Positions 1 to 10,989 of a DNA stretch of 64,000 bases are shown one piece after another. The notes beneath the pieces are model-generated. The model made no database searches. It had not been told where the DNA came from and saw only the letters and a program-made list of their open reading frames with translations. The stretch's first letter is position 1. Each line of letters opens with the position of its first letter. The position numbers and the translations under genes are program-made. The DNA is from Candidatus Dadabacteria bacterium (GTDB lineage: Bacteria > Desulfobacterota_D > UBA1144 > Nemesobacterales > CSP1-2): the NCBI GenBank assembly GCA_963805855.1, contig CAWDVW010000007.1, forward strand, positions 320,001 to 384,000, given 5' to 3'.

Positions 1-60
1 GCGATAAGAGAGGGAGGAAGGACAGTGGGTGCCGGTGTTGTAACGAGTATTATTGAGTAG
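1..60 (+). CDS. tuf: Elongation factor Tu, 3' end (partial)
   Basis: Manual translation from base 1 gives AIREGGRTVGAGVVTSIIE*, the EF-Tu C-terminus; it lies directly before rpmG. Confidence 0.96.
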   Translation, partial: AIREGGRTVGAGVVTSIIE

Positions 61-71
61 GGAGACATTAA

Positions 72-230
72 ATGGGAGACAATACAGTAATTATCGCGCT
101 CGCTTGCAGCGAATGTAAGAGAAAGAACTATACGACAAGAAAAAATAAGAGAAACCACCCTGACAAACTTGAATTTAAGAAGTACTGCAAGTGGTGCCGA
201 AACCATACCCTTCATAAAGAGACTAAGTAG
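72..230 (+). CDS. rpmG: 50S ribosomal protein L33 (Zn-ribbon, C+ form)
   Basis: Manual translation [52 protein letters not shown]; CxxC...CxxC; GGAG RBS; tuf-rpmG synteny; not in the ORF track. Confidence 0.96.
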   Translation: MGDNTVIIALACSECKRKNYTTRKNKRNHPDKLEFKKYCKWCRNHTLHKETK

Positions 231-630
231 GAACTGATCCCCAATCGGTCCACGTACTGATACCTGTTCGGGGGGCCGGGCCTTACAATCTGTGAAATTT
301 GAGTTTTGGGGATTGGCATGTCTTTCGGGGCTGATCTCTGTGTCAGCTCTAGGTCCGTTCGGCAAGCCGACCCTGCATTCCATGCGGCAAAATGTCTTAT
401 GTCATTTGACACAAAAAGGTCGTCATTTCGAACGAAGAGAGAAATCTTTCCTTGGCTTTTGTATTTACCGACTGAACTACAAGATCTCTCACAGCTCCTT
501 CGCCTTGGCTCAGGAAGGGGTTCGAGATGGCAAATTGGCGATATCGACATAACAGGTGGTGAACCCTGAGGACATTAGGGGCACCGATCCCGGGTCGCTC
601 GTTTGCCCATTTGGGGAAACGGCCGTACGA
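227..630. repeat. REP-like palindromes (GTAG-type) upstream of the inserted surface-protein gene
   Basis: GTAG-GAACTGAT-cccca-ATCGGTCC at 227-251 and GCCCATTTGGGGAAACGGCCGTAC at 605-628; related copies at 3121-3250. Confidence 0.55.
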
Positions 631-657
631 AACAAAATCAAAAATTATAAATAACGC

Positions 658-687
658 TTGACAATTAGCATCAAAAGGTGATATAAA
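658..687 (+). promoter_or_regulatory. Putative sigma70 promoter of the surface-protein gene
   Basis: TTGACA (658-663), 18 nt spacer, TG-a-TATAAA (682-687). Confidence 0.5.
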
Positions 688-689
688 TT

Positions 690-1547
690 ATGAAACTTCT
701 TAGGGAGGATTTGAACTATAAAATGGATAAAAACCCTGTGAAAAACCAAAGACTTAGAACGTTTCTTACACTAATTTCATTCTGCTGTTTTTTATTGTTT
801 ACCACAAAAGCCCAAGCACTTGTTTATTGCGTTATTCCTAATCCAATGATGGGTAGTGGTTGTAGTGCGCCGTCTCTGCCACATGCACAGGTGGTAATAC
901 TTGTGGTGCTCCCTGTAACACGGGTCCAAATGGAAACATATGCCCTACAATAGCTGATGCTCTTACTTGTATAGACAACGAACACTCCTGATGCTAACTG
1001 CAGAAATTAGGGTTGGTACGGGTACTCATACTGGGCCTGGCACTGCTAGCTCTATAGACAACACTGCGGCAGCCACTCAGGGTATTGACATACTTGGCGG
1101 TTTTGCCTCTAATTGCTTCGACAGGACTGATGATCCGATTGACCCGACAAATACTATTATCGAGGCTCCTATGCCTGGGGGTATGGGTGACAGGGTATTT
1201 CTTATTAATAATACTACAGCTAATCTCTCTGGAGGTAACATTCAAGGTCTTACAATTACCGGGGGAGATCCCACAGCAGCATGTGCCGCGTCTGGTAAAA
1301 CAGGAGGGGGAGTTTGTCTTACATCAAATCGGGTGATGGTGGGGTAATTTTACATCAAATTTTAACATATATGACAGCAATGATGCAGATGTTGGTGGCG
1401 GGATTGCTGTTATACCACAATCAAGAGGGCGATATCAATGCAACTTTTGAGCAGGATGTCATAACATTCAATGATGCTTTGAGCGGAGCAGGGTGGTGGT
1501 ATTTTCTTCTTGCGCGCCTGCGGGTGATACTGTCAACGCGTCAGTGA
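690..1547 (+). pseudogene. Frameshifted N-terminal part (signal peptide, Cys-rich cap, beta-helix repeats) of the large surface protein that continues in 1493..3088
   Basis: Signal peptide ending TKAQA; coherent segments alternate between frames (CTGGNTCGAPCN..., EIRVGTGT...GLTITGG...GGGVCL, NDADVGGGIAV, NDALSGAG, GGGIFF). Confidence 0.7.
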
Positions 1548-3088
1548 GCAAGACAGAAATAGGCAATAATACCGCTTTTACATTTGGGGGGGGAATTGCT
1601 TTATTTGGTGATGGAAATATAAACCTAGATCCAGTAGTCAACAATGTAATTCATAACAACATCGCTTTTGGACCAGAAGGTGGTGGGGCTGTTGCTGCAA
1701 CAACTGGCGGTGTTAGTTCTAACTACACTATAAAATTCGTAAATAATACAATATCCGACAATATGGCTGTTGGCGGTGCAGCGGCATTAGGCGGCGCGCT
1801 TTTCGTGGATAACACCGCTGGGGGTACGGTAAATTGGACGCTCCCAAATGATATCATAAAGTTTAATAGTAGCAGTGGTGACGGAGATCAGGTAGCTCTA
1901 ATGCCCACAATGAGTGGCGCAACTATGGCGATCCGTTTTTCCGATATCAGTCAAGGCGTAGGCAATACCGATATTGTTGGTTTTGGTGCAGGAGTTGGAT
2001 TTGTTAACTTAGTAGCAGCTAATGTTGATGCAGACCCACTATTTGTTGACCGGTTTAATGCCGATTATCATATCGAAGCCGATTCTCCGATCGCTGATGC
2101 CGGTACAAAAACTGCGATAGCAACGGTCGCTGGGGCGGAAGCGAACCCACCCTCGGAAGACTTTGATGGAGTGCCGAGGGATATATCGATAGGCGCTTTT
2201 GAGCCACCACCTTCGCCCACCCCGACTCCGACTGGATCACCAACACCGACACCGATCCCGTGTACAGCGGATGATGAATGTCCAGCGGGGGCTATCTGCG
2301 GTGACTTCGTAGATGATATGGGCGTATGTGTGGCTGGATGTACAGCAGACCATCCGTGCCCCGAGGGGGAGGTATGTGACCCTCCGGACGCTACGGATGT
2401 AGACCCGGGAGTGTGTGTGGTACCAACACCAACACCAACACCTACTCCTACACCCACTCCTACTCCAACTCCTCCGGTTTCACCAACCCCTACACCGATG
2501 CCAACAACACCACCAAATATGGAAACATTCCCGAATGCCAAGAACGGAAAGCTCGTGACCATAGAATCGGAAGAAGGTACGATTCTCTCCGATGTAAAAC
2601 CACTGTCAAAGAAGGTTCAGGGTTGCCCTGACGGGTTCAACGGCCAATTTCTTAGCTTCCTAGTAGGGTCTTATCAATATGTAGTTAGTGGAATCAATCC
2701 GGGGGATGAGACTACGGTTATAATCGATTTTCCACCGGGAACAATCATTAATTCATATTTTAAATTTGGACCCACGCCGGATAATCCGCAACCCCATTGT
2801 TATGAGTTCTTGTTTGATGGACAAACGGGGGCACAGATATTTGGAACTACCGCTGTCGTTCATCACATAGATGGAGCGCGTGGTGACGATGATCTGACTC
2901 CTAATGGTGTAATCGTGGATCCAGCCGGCCCGGCACTATTGAGTGACGAACCACCCAACACCTCAGGTAACGGATGTTCAATGGCTCAAACGGTTTCCTC
3001 TCAGACGGCACTACTTAATCTGTTAGTACCTCTGCTTCCGGCATTTGCCGTTGGACTGAGGGGCTTGAGACGAAAAAAGAAGAAGTAA
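1493..3088 (+). CDS. Surface protein, C-terminal part: parallel beta-helix, choice-of-anchor Q-like, PT linkers, Cys-rich module, choice-of-anchor U-like, C-terminal GC/TM/basic sorting signal
   Basis: GGGIAL/NNTISDN repeats; DPLFVD..DYHI...SPIADAG...DFDGVPR..IGAFE; YFKFGPTPDNPQPHCYEF...DGARGDDDLTPNGVIVDP; tail SGNGCS...LLVPLLPAFAVGLRGLRRKKKK. Confidence 0.8.
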   Translation: MVVFSSCAPAGDTVNASVSKTEIGNNTAFTFGGGIALFGDGNINLDPVVNNVIHNNIAFGPEGGGAVAATTGGVSSNYTIKFVNNTISDNMAVGGAAALGGALFVDNTAGGTVNWTLPNDIIKFNSSSGDGDQVALMPTMSGATMAIRFSDISQGVGNTDIVGFGAGVGFVNLVAANVDADPLFVDRFNADYHIEADSPIADAGTKTAIATVAGAEANPPSEDFDGVPRDISIGAFEPPPSPTPTPTGSPTPTPIPCTADDECPAGAICGDFVDDMGVCVAGCTADHPCPEGEVCDPPDATDVDPGVCVVPTPTPTPTPTPTPTPTPPVSPTPTPMPTTPPNMETFPNAKNGKLVTIESEEGTILSDVKPLSKKVQGCPDGFNGQFLSFLVGSYQYVVSGINPGDETTVIIDFPPGTIINSYFKFGPTPDNPQPHCYEFLFDGQTGAQIFGTTAVVHHIDGARGDDDLTPNGVIVDPAGPALLSDEPPNTSGNGCSMAQTVSSQTALLNLLVPLLPAFAVGLRGLRRKKKK

Positions 3089-3120
3089 TCTGGGCGCGTG
3101 CACATAAACATACCGCTTAT

Positions 3121-3250
3121 GGACTGATATCCAATCAGTCCGCGGCCCATATGGGAAACGGGTCGTCGTATAGGGCGTAAGACTAATATTCTGGGGACCG
3201 ATTCCGAATCATCCCTCATACAAATGCCCATCTGGGAAACTGGCACGACA
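3121..3250. repeat. REP-like palindromes downstream of the surface-protein gene
   Basis: GGACTGAT-atcca-ATCAGTCC at 3121-3141; GCCCATnTGGGAAAC at 3145 and 3226, matching the copy at 605. Confidence 0.55.
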
Positions 3251-3544
3251 TGATCAATTTGGAAATATGATTAAATATCTTACTAATTTGCCGATGAGTT
3301 CTTGACAGTTGTTTGAACATTAGTAATAATATAAGGTTCAAGTTACTTATAGTGAGCGCCAATCTTAAATAGAAATTCTTGTGGGAAAAAATTCTCTTTG
3401 GTATAATTATATTGTTCAGTCATTATCGGTAATGTCGTTACCTCTTAATATTCTATCACAATACTTTACGGTCATCTAATTAGGAATACATTTGGAGAGT
3501 TTTTGATCTATTATATCATAGAAGCTACATATAAGGCGTGCGAA

Positions 3545-3618
3545 AGGGCAGTAGCTCAATTTGGTAGAGCACTGGACTCCAAATCCAGCGGTTGGGGGTT
3601 CGATTCCCTCCTGCCCTG
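3545..3618 (+). tRNA. trnW: tRNA-Trp (CCA)
   Basis: Acceptor stem AGGGCAG/CTGCCCT, D-arm GCTC/GAGC, anticodon arm CTGGA-CTCCAAA-TCCAG, T-loop TTCGATT; canonical position before secE; 3' CCA not encoded. Confidence 0.97.
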
Positions 3619-3636
3619 GATTGCCTAGGAATCATT

Positions 3637-3840
3637 ATGGAAAATCCAAGAGAATATTTAAATAAAGCGGTTGACTTTTTCAGTGACGTCGAAGTCGAAA
3701 GTAAGCGAGTAACGTGGCCCTCTTTAAAAGAAACGGTAAGATCCACTGGTGCAGTCGTATTGATCTCGGCAATTCTGGCGGCCTTTTTAGGTTTAGTGGA
3801 CTTTTTGTTTTCAATAGCAGTTAAATCTATCTTGAGCTGA
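3637..3840 (+). CDS. secE: Preprotein translocase subunit SecE
   Basis: ESKRVTWPS motif plus one TM helix; start moved to ATG 3637 because the track start overlaps the tRNA. Confidence 0.95.
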   Translation: MENPREYLNKAVDFFSDVEVESKRVTWPSLKETVRSTGAVVLISAILAAFLGLVDFLFSIAVKSILS

Positions 3841-3866
3841 TAAGGACGACGGAGAAAATAATTTTC

Positions 3867-4424
3867 ATGAAGAGTAGGTGGTATGTGGTTCATACAAATA
3901 CTGGTTTCGAAGACAGAGTGAAGACTTTGATCGAAGACAGGGCTAGGTCTGAAAGTCTTGGTGACTTAATAAATGAGGTGCTAATTCCCACTGAAACCAT
4001 AGTTGAACCGGTCAAAGGGGGGAAGAAGAAGACCTCTGTTAGAAAATTTTTCCCTGGATATATATTGGTAAAAATGGAACTCAACGATAGGAGCTGGCAT
4101 TTTATCAGGAGTATTCCGAAGGTAATAGGTTTTGTGGGGGGTAAATTAAGGGATGGGATGATTGATCCTGACTCGGTTCCTGCCATACAGGAAGATGAGG
4201 TTACGAAGATTAAACAGCAAATACGGGAAGGGACACTGAAGCCTAAGCCGAAAATTTCCTTTGAGAGAGGGGAAACGGTAAAAGTCATCGAGGGACCATT
4301 TGCAAACTTTACCGGTGTAACAGAGGAAGTAAACCCTGATAAGGGAAAGGTTCAGGTTCTTGTGACGATTTTCGGCAGAACTACGCCAATTGAACTAGAT
4401 TTCAATCAAGTGGAGAAAATATAG
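3867..4424 (+). CDS. nusG: Transcription termination/antitermination factor NusG
   Basis: [16 protein letters not shown] domain [18 protein letters not shown]. Confidence 0.98.
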   Translation: MKSRWYVVHTNTGFEDRVKTLIEDRARSESLGDLINEVLIPTETIVEPVKGGKKKTSVRKFFPGYILVKMELNDRSWHFIRSIPKVIGFVGGKLRDGMIDPDSVPAIQEDEVTKIKQQIREGTLKPKPKISFERGETVKVIEGPFANFTGVTEEVNPDKGKVQVLVTIFGRTTPIELDFNQVEKI

Positions 4425-4425
4425 T

Positions 4426-4842
4426 ATGAAGAAGGTGATAGGAGAAATTAAGCTCTTGATACCTGCAGGTAAAGCAACACCCTCGCCTCCGGTTGGTCCA
4501 GCGCTTGGACAGAGGGGGTTAAACATTATGGAGTTTTGTAAGGCGTTTAATGCACAAACCTCAAAGCTAAATGACTTGATACCGGTGATAGTAACGGTAT
4601 TTGCAGATAGGTCATTCACATTTGCTACTAAATCTCCGCCGGCATCCTATTTGCTGAAAAAAGCTGCAGGCATCGAAAAGGGCTCTGGTGAGGTTCCTCG
4701 TGTGAAGGCGGGTAAGATTACAAAAGATCAGATAAAAGAAATCGCGGCAAAAAAAATCGAAGATCTAAATACCGATGACATGGAAATGGCTGAACGGATA
4801 ATTGAAGGAACTGCTAGAAGCATGGGGATCGAAGTGGTTTGA
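4426..4842 (+). CDS. rplK: 50S ribosomal protein L11
   Basis: [26 protein letters not shown]. Confidence 0.98.
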   Translation: MKKVIGEIKLLIPAGKATPSPPVGPALGQRGLNIMEFCKAFNAQTSKLNDLIPVIVTVFADRSFTFATKSPPASYLLKKAAGIEKGSGEVPRVKAGKITKDQIKEIAAKKIEDLNTDDMEMAERIIEGTARSMGIEVV

Positions 4843-4845
4843 CAC

Positions 4846-4923
4846 GATCCAGGATGCATGATGCATGATGCAGGATAACGAATAGAATTTTAATCATGAA
4901 TCGTGCATCGTGAATCTGGCATC
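4846..4923. repeat. Inverted heptamer-repeat stem-loop
   Basis: gatccag-gatgcat-gatgcat-gatgcag-gat ... atcatga-atcgtgc-atcgtga-atctggc-atc. Confidence 0.7.
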
Positions 4924-4943
4924 ATTTTTTAAATGGAGGGATA

Positions 4944-5666
4944 ATGGCAAGAGGCAAGAAGTATTTAAACGTTAGCAGTAAAGTTGATCTGGCGCATGCC
5001 TACAGTCTTAATGAGGCGCTGACTCTTTTAGAAGAGACGAAAACCGCGAAATTTGATGAGACTGTGGATATTGCTGTCAAACTTGGGATAGACCCGCGCC
5101 AGGCAAATCAGCAGGTTCGAGGAGCAATGGTACTACCTCACGGCATAGGTAAGAAAATCAGGGTCCTCGTATTTGCGACTGGTGAAAAGGTTACAGAGGC
5201 GGAGGAGGCTGGTGCAGATTATGTAGGGTCTGAGGAGCTGGTGAATAAGATCACTAAGGAAAATTGGCTGGACTTTGATGTTGCAGTTGCTACGCCTGAC
5301 GTAATGAGCTTAGTCGGGAAGCTAGGTAAGATACTCGGTCCTAGAGGACTGATGCCTAGCCCGAAGGTCGGCACCGTTACGTTTGATGTTGCTAAAATGG
5401 TTAAAGAGGCAAAAACAGGGAGGATCGAGTTTAAAAACGATAAGGGCGGTGTAGTTCATGTTCCAATCGGAAAGATATCTTTTGGCCAAGACAAGTTAAG
5501 GGATAATCTCCTTGTGTTTATGGATAACTTAACAAAGATGAAACCCTTGTCATCAAAAGGCGCATTCATAAGAAAGGTGGTAGTCTCAAATACGATGGGG
5601 CCTGGGATTAAGGTTGATATTGTTAGTATTCGTGAGGCGTTAAAGGGGTTCGAAATTGCGGCTTAG
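4944..5666 (+). CDS. rplA: 50S ribosomal protein L1
   Basis: [20 protein letters not shown]. Confidence 0.98.
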   Translation: MARGKKYLNVSSKVDLAHAYSLNEALTLLEETKTAKFDETVDIAVKLGIDPRQANQQVRGAMVLPHGIGKKIRVLVFATGEKVTEAEEAGADYVGSEELVNKITKENWLDFDVAVATPDVMSLVGKLGKILGPRGLMPSPKVGTVTFDVAKMVKEAKTGRIEFKNDKGGVVHVPIGKISFGQDKLRDNLLVFMDNLTKMKPLSSKGAFIRKVVVSNTMGPGIKVDIVSIREALKGFEIAA

Positions 5667-5749
5667 AGTTGATAATTATTATATTAATTGTCGCTTTGGT
5701 GGAAAGCTTTTTCTAACATGGTTATTTAAGTTAAATCAGGGAGTTTGAT

Positions 5750-6289
5750 ATGTTGAATAAAGCCTTGAAGCAGGAATTAGTACGAGAAATTAACGACCGG
5801 TTTAAAGCTCGTCCTACCGTTATGGTCATTGAGTATAAGGGGCTTAGTGTAAAGGAAATGCAGGGTCTTAGAAAGCAGCTTAAAAAGGCAAAGGCAGAAT
5901 TAAGGGTAGTTAAGAACTCGCTTCTTAGGATAGCTTCTAAAGAGACCGGGATTGAAATGATAAACGACCTTTTTGACGGTCCGACGGCAGTTGCCATTTG
6001 TGATGATGATCCGGCACCTGTTGCAAAAGTATTCGTTGATTCAATGAAGGCATACCCTGCAGTGCGGCTTAAGGGCGGGATAGTCGATGGCAAAGTGGTT
6101 GGATCTGAGGAGGTCACGAGATTATCCAGACTTCCGTCAAAAGAGGTCTTATTGTCTCAATTTGTCGGTATGCTTTCCAATCCGATTGCAAATTTCATCG
6201 GTGTACTTACGGAGCTTCAGAGAAGTTTACTGTATGTGCTTAATTCTTTGAAGGAATTAAAAGAGAAAGACGAGAAAGAAAAAGGATAG
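5750..6289 (+). CDS. rplJ: 50S ribosomal protein L10
   Basis: VVKNSL, GPTAVA, LPSKEVLL; synteny. Confidence 0.97.
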   Translation: MLNKALKQELVREINDRFKARPTVMVIEYKGLSVKEMQGLRKQLKKAKAELRVVKNSLLRIASKETGIEMINDLFDGPTAVAICDDDPAPVAKVFVDSMKAYPAVRLKGGIVDGKVVGSEEVTRLSRLPSKEVLLSQFVGMLSNPIANFIGVLTELQRSLLYVLNSLKELKEKDEKEKG

Positions 6290-6341
6290 TATAAGATATC
6301 AAGGTTTAAATCTTTAGATTAAACAAGGAGGACGTAAAAAA

Positions 6342-6737
6342 ATGGCAGAGATTACAAGAGCCGACGTGATTTCGTACCTCGAGGGTGCGAGCATGCTAGA
6401 GATCTCGGATTTAATTAAAGAGGTTGAAGAGAAGTTTGGTGTAAAAGCTGCGGCCCCTCAGATCTCAATGGCACCCGTAGGCGTTGCCGCGGCTGGAGCT
6501 GAAAGTGCACCTGCGGAAGCTGAGAAGACCGAGTTTAACGTAATATTGAAGGCGATAGGCGAAAATAAAATTCAGGTTATCAAAGCGGTTAGGGAAGTAA
6601 CTTCCCTCGGTCTGAAAGAGGCAAAAGAGCTCGTTGAAGGGGCTCCAAAGACAGTAAAAGAAGGCGAGAAGAAAGAAAATGCGGAAGCGATCAAGAAGAA
6701 ACTCGAAGAAGCAGGGGCTACTGTAGAGATTGATTGA
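6342..6737 (+). CDS. rplL: 50S ribosomal protein L7/L12
   Basis: [21 protein letters not shown]. Confidence 0.98.
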   Translation: MAEITRADVISYLEGASMLEISDLIKEVEEKFGVKAAAPQISMAPVGVAAAGAESAPAEAEKTEFNVILKAIGENKIQVIKAVREVTSLGLKEAKELVEGAPKTVKEGEKKENAEAIKKKLEEAGATVEID

Positions 6738-6841
6738 TCACGAGGTTCTCGAACGAGTGAAATCAAGGGTTTTGATTTCTATTTCAAAAACATTGCCAAT
6801 TCACCGAGCGTAAGAATTGGCATGTAACAGGGGGTTTCAAG

Positions 6842-9800
6842 GTGAGTAATAATGGACAAGGCATGTTTAGGATGAGAAAAAGTTTTGCAAAGATCTCTCG
6901 GGTTCTGGAGATACCTCACCTGCTGGATGTGCAGATAAAATCGTATAACGATTTTCTTCAAGCAGATATAAAACCTGACGATCGACTGGATATTGGCCTA
7001 CACCACGCATTTAGTATTTCATTTCCTATTGAGGATTATAATGGTAAAGCATCTCTGGAGTATGTGGGCTATAGGATCGATAAGCCTAAGTATGAAGAAA
7101 GCGAGTGCAGGCTTAAGGGTTACACTTTTGTTGTACCACTTTATGTTACCTTTCGACTTGTAATATGGGATACGCCGTCGGAGGGCAATCCTGAGAGAAC
7201 AATCAGGGATGTTAAGGAGCAGGAGGTTTATTTTGGCGAGATCCCGCTCATGACGGCGAGCGGTGCATTTATTATAAACGGTACGGAAAGGGTCATAGTA
7301 AATCAACTGCATCGGTCTCCGGGCGTGTTCTTTGATCAGGTTAAGAAAGACCTGACCTCGGGAAGGGTGTCATTCACTGCAAGGATTGTTCCTCAAGATG
7401 GCAGATGGCTGGACTTTGAGTTTGATTCAAAGGAAATTCTTCACGTTAGGATTGACAGGAAGAAGAAGTTTCATGTCACGGTACTTTTGAAGGCACTTGG
7501 GCTTAATGCGAAGCAAATAATGAACTATTATTATCCAGTAGAAACAGTTTATTTTGACTCTGATGGGTTAAAAAAGAGTATGGATCCTGATGTTCTTGCT
7601 TTTCAGAGGGCGAGCTCGGATATCATCGACTTAAAAACAAAAGAGGTAATTGTCAGAAAGGGTAGAAGATTTGTTCCGAATCTAATAGAGAAGATTAAAA
7701 AAGCAAGAATAGAGCGCATCTCTATTCAGGAAAGCGAATTGATAGGTAGGCCATTTGCCGAGGATGTTGTGGATGAAGAGACGGGTGAGGTATTGGTCAA
7801 TTTTAATGAAGAAATAACAGAGGAAAGTTTGAAGACTTTGAAAGAGAAGGGCATAAAAGAAATAAAGACCTTCTATATTGATAACATCTCGGTAGTCGGT
7901 TCAATTAGGAGCACACTATCAGCGGATAAAGTAGAAACTAAAGAGGACGCAATCACCGAAATATACAAGAAGTTCAGACCCACCGATCCTCCGACGCCTC
8001 AGGTGGCGGAAAACTTCTTTAACAATATGTTCTCTAACATAGATACCTACAGGCTATCTCAGGTAGGCCGACTCAAAATAAACTACAAGCTCAATCACGG
8101 AGTACCTGACGATGTTCTGACCTTGAAGGAAGAGGATATCTTGGAAACAGTTAGGTATTTACTTAACCTGCGAGGAGGAAGGGGTTCGACCGATGATATA
8201 GACCATTTAGGTAACAGGAGGGTGCGGACGGTAGGGGAATTAATTCAGGATCGATTTTATGCAGGGCTTGAAAGGCTTGGTAGATCGGTAAGAGAAAAGA
8301 TGGGCTACCAGGCGATAGAAAATCTCATGCCCAGTGAGCTTTTAATTCCGAAAACCGTCATCACTGTTGTAAAGGAGTTTTTCGCTACCGGTCAGCTCTC
8401 TCAATTCATGGATCAAACAAATCCACTGTCTGAGATCACTCATAAGAGAAGGCTGAGTGCACTCGGGCCTGGCGGTCTTACACGCGAAAGGGCAGGATTT
8501 GAGGTACGGGACGTGCATTCATCACATTACGGAAGAATTTGTCCGATTGAAACCCCTGAAGGGCCTAACATAGGACTAATATCGAGCCTGGGGACATACG
8601 CAAAGATAAATGAATTTGGATTCATACAGACACCATACAGGGTATTGAAGAACGGGAAGGTCACGAATGAGATTGTTTACTTGAATGCCTTAGAAGAAGA
8701 GAAATATATAATTGCCCAGGCGAATGCCCCCTTGGATGACGAGGGCCGGTTAGCATTGGACTTGGTTTCAGCTCGTCACAGGGGTGAATTTCTCATGATT
8801 GAACGTGATAAAGTTCAACTTATGGATGTGTCACCGACTCAGCTAGTTTCTGTGTCTGCGTCATTAATACCGTTCCTAGAGCACGATGATGCGAACCGGG
8901 CTCTTATGGGTTCGAACATGCAGAGGCAGGCTGTTCCGCTGCTTCGCACTTCTTCCCCCATCGTCGGCACCGGTTTTGAGGGTACAGTGGCAAAGGATTC
9001 TGGCGTAACTGTGGTTGCTAAGAGGGACGGAATTGTTGAGTATGTGGATGCCGCACGCATAGTTGTACGGGCTACTAGTAATGAGGGCGAAGACGGCGGC
9101 GTCGATATCTACAATCTCGTTAAATTCCAAAAGTCTAATCAAAATACATGTTGGAATCAGAGGCAGATCGTTAAAAAAGGGGGCAATGTTGCTAAGGGTG
9201 ATGTGATTGCTGATGGTCCGTCCACTGATTTCGGAGAACTTGCGCTGGGACAGAATGTTTTGGTTGCATTTATGCCATGGGGTGGATACAACTTTGAGGA
9301 TGCGATCCTTATTAGCGAGAGGCTTGTTAAAGAAGATAGGTTTACATCTATTCATATTGAAGAGTTTGAATGTATAGCCAGAGAAACCAAGCTGGGGCGC
9401 GAGGAAATTACCAGGGACATACCTAATGCAGGTGATGAAGCATTAAGAAATTTGGATGAAAGTGGAATTATTAGAATAGGTGCTGAGGTAAAGCCCGGGG
9501 ATATATTAGTGGGGAAGATTTCGCCAAAGGGCGAAACGCAGCTATCACCTGAGGAGAGATTATTGAGGGCTATCTTCGGAGATAAAGCGGGAGATGTGAA
9601 AGATACCTCGCTGAGGGCGTCGCCAGGGGTTACGGGTACCGTAATTGATGTAAAGATGCTTTTATCCAGGATAGTCGATAAGGATGAACGTGCCAAGAGC
9701 ATTGAGGATCTTGAGATTACAAAGCTCAAGCAGGATAAAGATGATGAGATAAGAATATTAAAAGAGGATGCTTTTCAGCGGATCAAGGAATTGCTTGTTG

Positions 9801-10948
9801 GTAAGATTGCATCTGCGAGACTTATAGTAAACAGGAAAACGGTCCTAAAAAAGGGAGATAAGATCACAGAGGACATACTTCGCAACATATCATTTGAGAA
9901 GATCGCTGATATCAGTATTGAAAAGGGCGAATCAATTGAGACCGACGTTAACAGGGGTATTGAAAGAGCACTTGAGCAGATTGATTTAGTCAAGCTCGTT
10001 TATGATCAAAGGATATCCAAACTCGTACGTCCAGATGAACTCCCTCCTGGCGTGCTCAAAGTTATTAAGGTTTATGTCGCTGTAAAGAGGAAACTCCAGG
10101 TAGGAGATAAAATGGCAGGTAGGCACGGAAATAAGGGGGTTATATCTAAGATTTTACGACAAGAGGACATGCCTTACCTGCCGGACGGAACCCCTGTGGA
10201 TATGGTCCTTAACCCACTTGGTGTACCGTCGAGGATGAATGTCGGTCAGGTTCTGGAAACCCATCTTGGCTGGGCAGCTCAGAAAGTGGGTGAACAGTTA
10301 AATGAACTTATTGAAAAAGCGGTTGATTACAATTCTCTCAGAAAAAAGATAAAAGAATTATACGATTCGAGGAAGATGAGTAAGTTTATCGATGAATTGA
10401 GTAATGAGGAATTGTTCGAGGTTGTCAAGACACTTAAGGACGGCATTCCGGTTGAGTCACCCGTCTTTGACGGAGCAACTGAAGGTGAAATAAAAGAAAT
10501 GCTTATCTCGGCAGGTCTCCCAGAGGATGGCAAGACAATACTATTCGACGGATTTACTGGTGAACCTTTTGATCAAAAGGTTTCAATTGGGGTGATGTAT
10601 ATGCTTAAACTACATCATCTTGTAGAGGAAAAGATTCATGCTCGGGCCATTGGTCCTTATTCGCTTGTGACTCAACAACCGCTGGGAGGAAAAGCCCATT
10701 TTGGTGGGCAGCGACTTGGAGAGATGGAGGTTTGGGCACTTGAAGCATATGGAGCAGCGTACACCCTTCAAGAGTTTCTGACCGTTAAATCTGATGATGT
10801 AGTGGGAAGGACGCGAATATTCGATTCGATCGCGAAGGGCGACAAGAGATTCGAACCCGGTCTACCTGAGTCGTTTAAAGTCCTCCAAAAGGAGCTACAG
10901 GCCTTATCGTTGGATGTCGACCTCATGGAGGATGTTGTTGACAGTTGA
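6842..10948 (+). CDS. rpoB: RNA polymerase beta subunit
   Basis: [39 protein letters not shown]. Confidence 0.99.
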   Translation: MSNNGQGMFRMRKSFAKISRVLEIPHLLDVQIKSYNDFLQADIKPDDRLDIGLHHAFSISFPIEDYNGKASLEYVGYRIDKPKYEESECRLKGYTFVVPLYVTFRLVIWDTPSEGNPERTIRDVKEQEVYFGEIPLMTASGAFIINGTERVIVNQLHRSPGVFFDQVKKDLTSGRVSFTARIVPQDGRWLDFEFDSKEILHVRIDRKKKFHVTVLLKALGLNAKQIMNYYYPVETVYFDSDGLKKSMDPDVLAFQRASSDIIDLKTKEVIVRKGRRFVPNLIEKIKKARIERISIQESELIGRPFAEDVVDEETGEVLVNFNEEITEESLKTLKEKGIKEIKTFYIDNISVVGSIRSTLSADKVETKEDAITEIYKKFRPTDPPTPQVAENFFNNMFSNIDTYRLSQVGRLKINYKLNHGVPDDVLTLKEEDILETVRYLLNLRGGRGSTDDIDHLGNRRVRTVGELIQDRFYAGLERLGRSVREKMGYQAIENLMPSELLIPKTVITVVKEFFATGQLSQFMDQTNPLSEITHKRRLSALGPGGLTRERAGFEVRDVHSSHYGRICPIETPEGPNIGLISSLGTYAKINEFGFIQTPYRVLKNGKVTNEIVYLNALEEEKYIIAQANAPLDDEGRLALDLVSARHRGEFLMIERDKVQLMDVSPTQLVSVSASLIPFLEHDDANRALMGSNMQRQAVPLLRTSSPIVGTGFEGTVAKDSGVTVVAKRDGIVEYVDAARIVVRATSNEGEDGGVDIYNLVKFQKSNQNTCWNQRQIVKKGGNVAKGDVIADGPSTDFGELALGQNVLVAFMPWGGYNFEDAILISERLVKEDRFTSIHIEEFECIARETKLGREEITRDIPNAGDEALRNLDESGIIRIGAEVKPGDILVGKISPKGETQLSPEERLLRAIFGDKAGDVKDTSLRASPGVTGTVIDVKMLLSRIVDKDERAKSIEDLEITKLKQDKDDEIRILKEDAFQRIKELLVGKIASARLIVNRKTVLKKGDKITEDILRNISFEKIADISIEKGESIETDVNRGIERALEQIDLVKLVYDQRISKLVRPDELPPGVLKVIKVYVAVKRKLQVGDKMAGRHGNKGVISKILRQEDMPYLPDGTPVDMVLNPLGVPSRMNVGQVLETHLGWAAQKVGEQLNELIEKAVDYNSLRKKIKELYDSRKMSKFIDELSNEELFEVVKTLKDGIPVESPVFDGATEGEIKEMLISAGLPEDGKTILFDGFTGEPFDQKVSIGVMYMLKLHHLVEEKIHARAIGPYSLVTQQPLGGKAHFGGQRLGEMEVWALEAYGAAYTLQEFLTVKSDDVVGRTRIFDSIAKGDKRFEPGLPESFKVLQKELQALSLDVDLMEDVVDS

Positions 10949-10989
10949 TGAGTATATGTACAAATACTTAAGTGGGAGGTAGGGAATAA

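Noticed and set aside
212-569. ORFs 212..550, 292..552 and 306..569
   Set aside because: Mutually overlapping, no motifs, and located in a repeat-containing spacer
2210-2515. Tandem CCAACA/CCGACT repeats as a possible CRISPR array or VNTR, and the antisense GV-rich ORF 2068..2562
   Set aside because: They encode Pro-Thr linkers of the surface protein; there is no repeat-spacer structure, and the antisense ORF is a shadow
3592-3636. Extended N-terminus of secE in the ORF track
   Set aside because: It overlaps tRNA-Trp; the likely start is ATG 3637
5667-5749. Possible L10 leader RNA
   Set aside because: Only a weak AT-rich hairpin; the conserved L10-leader motif is not recognisable
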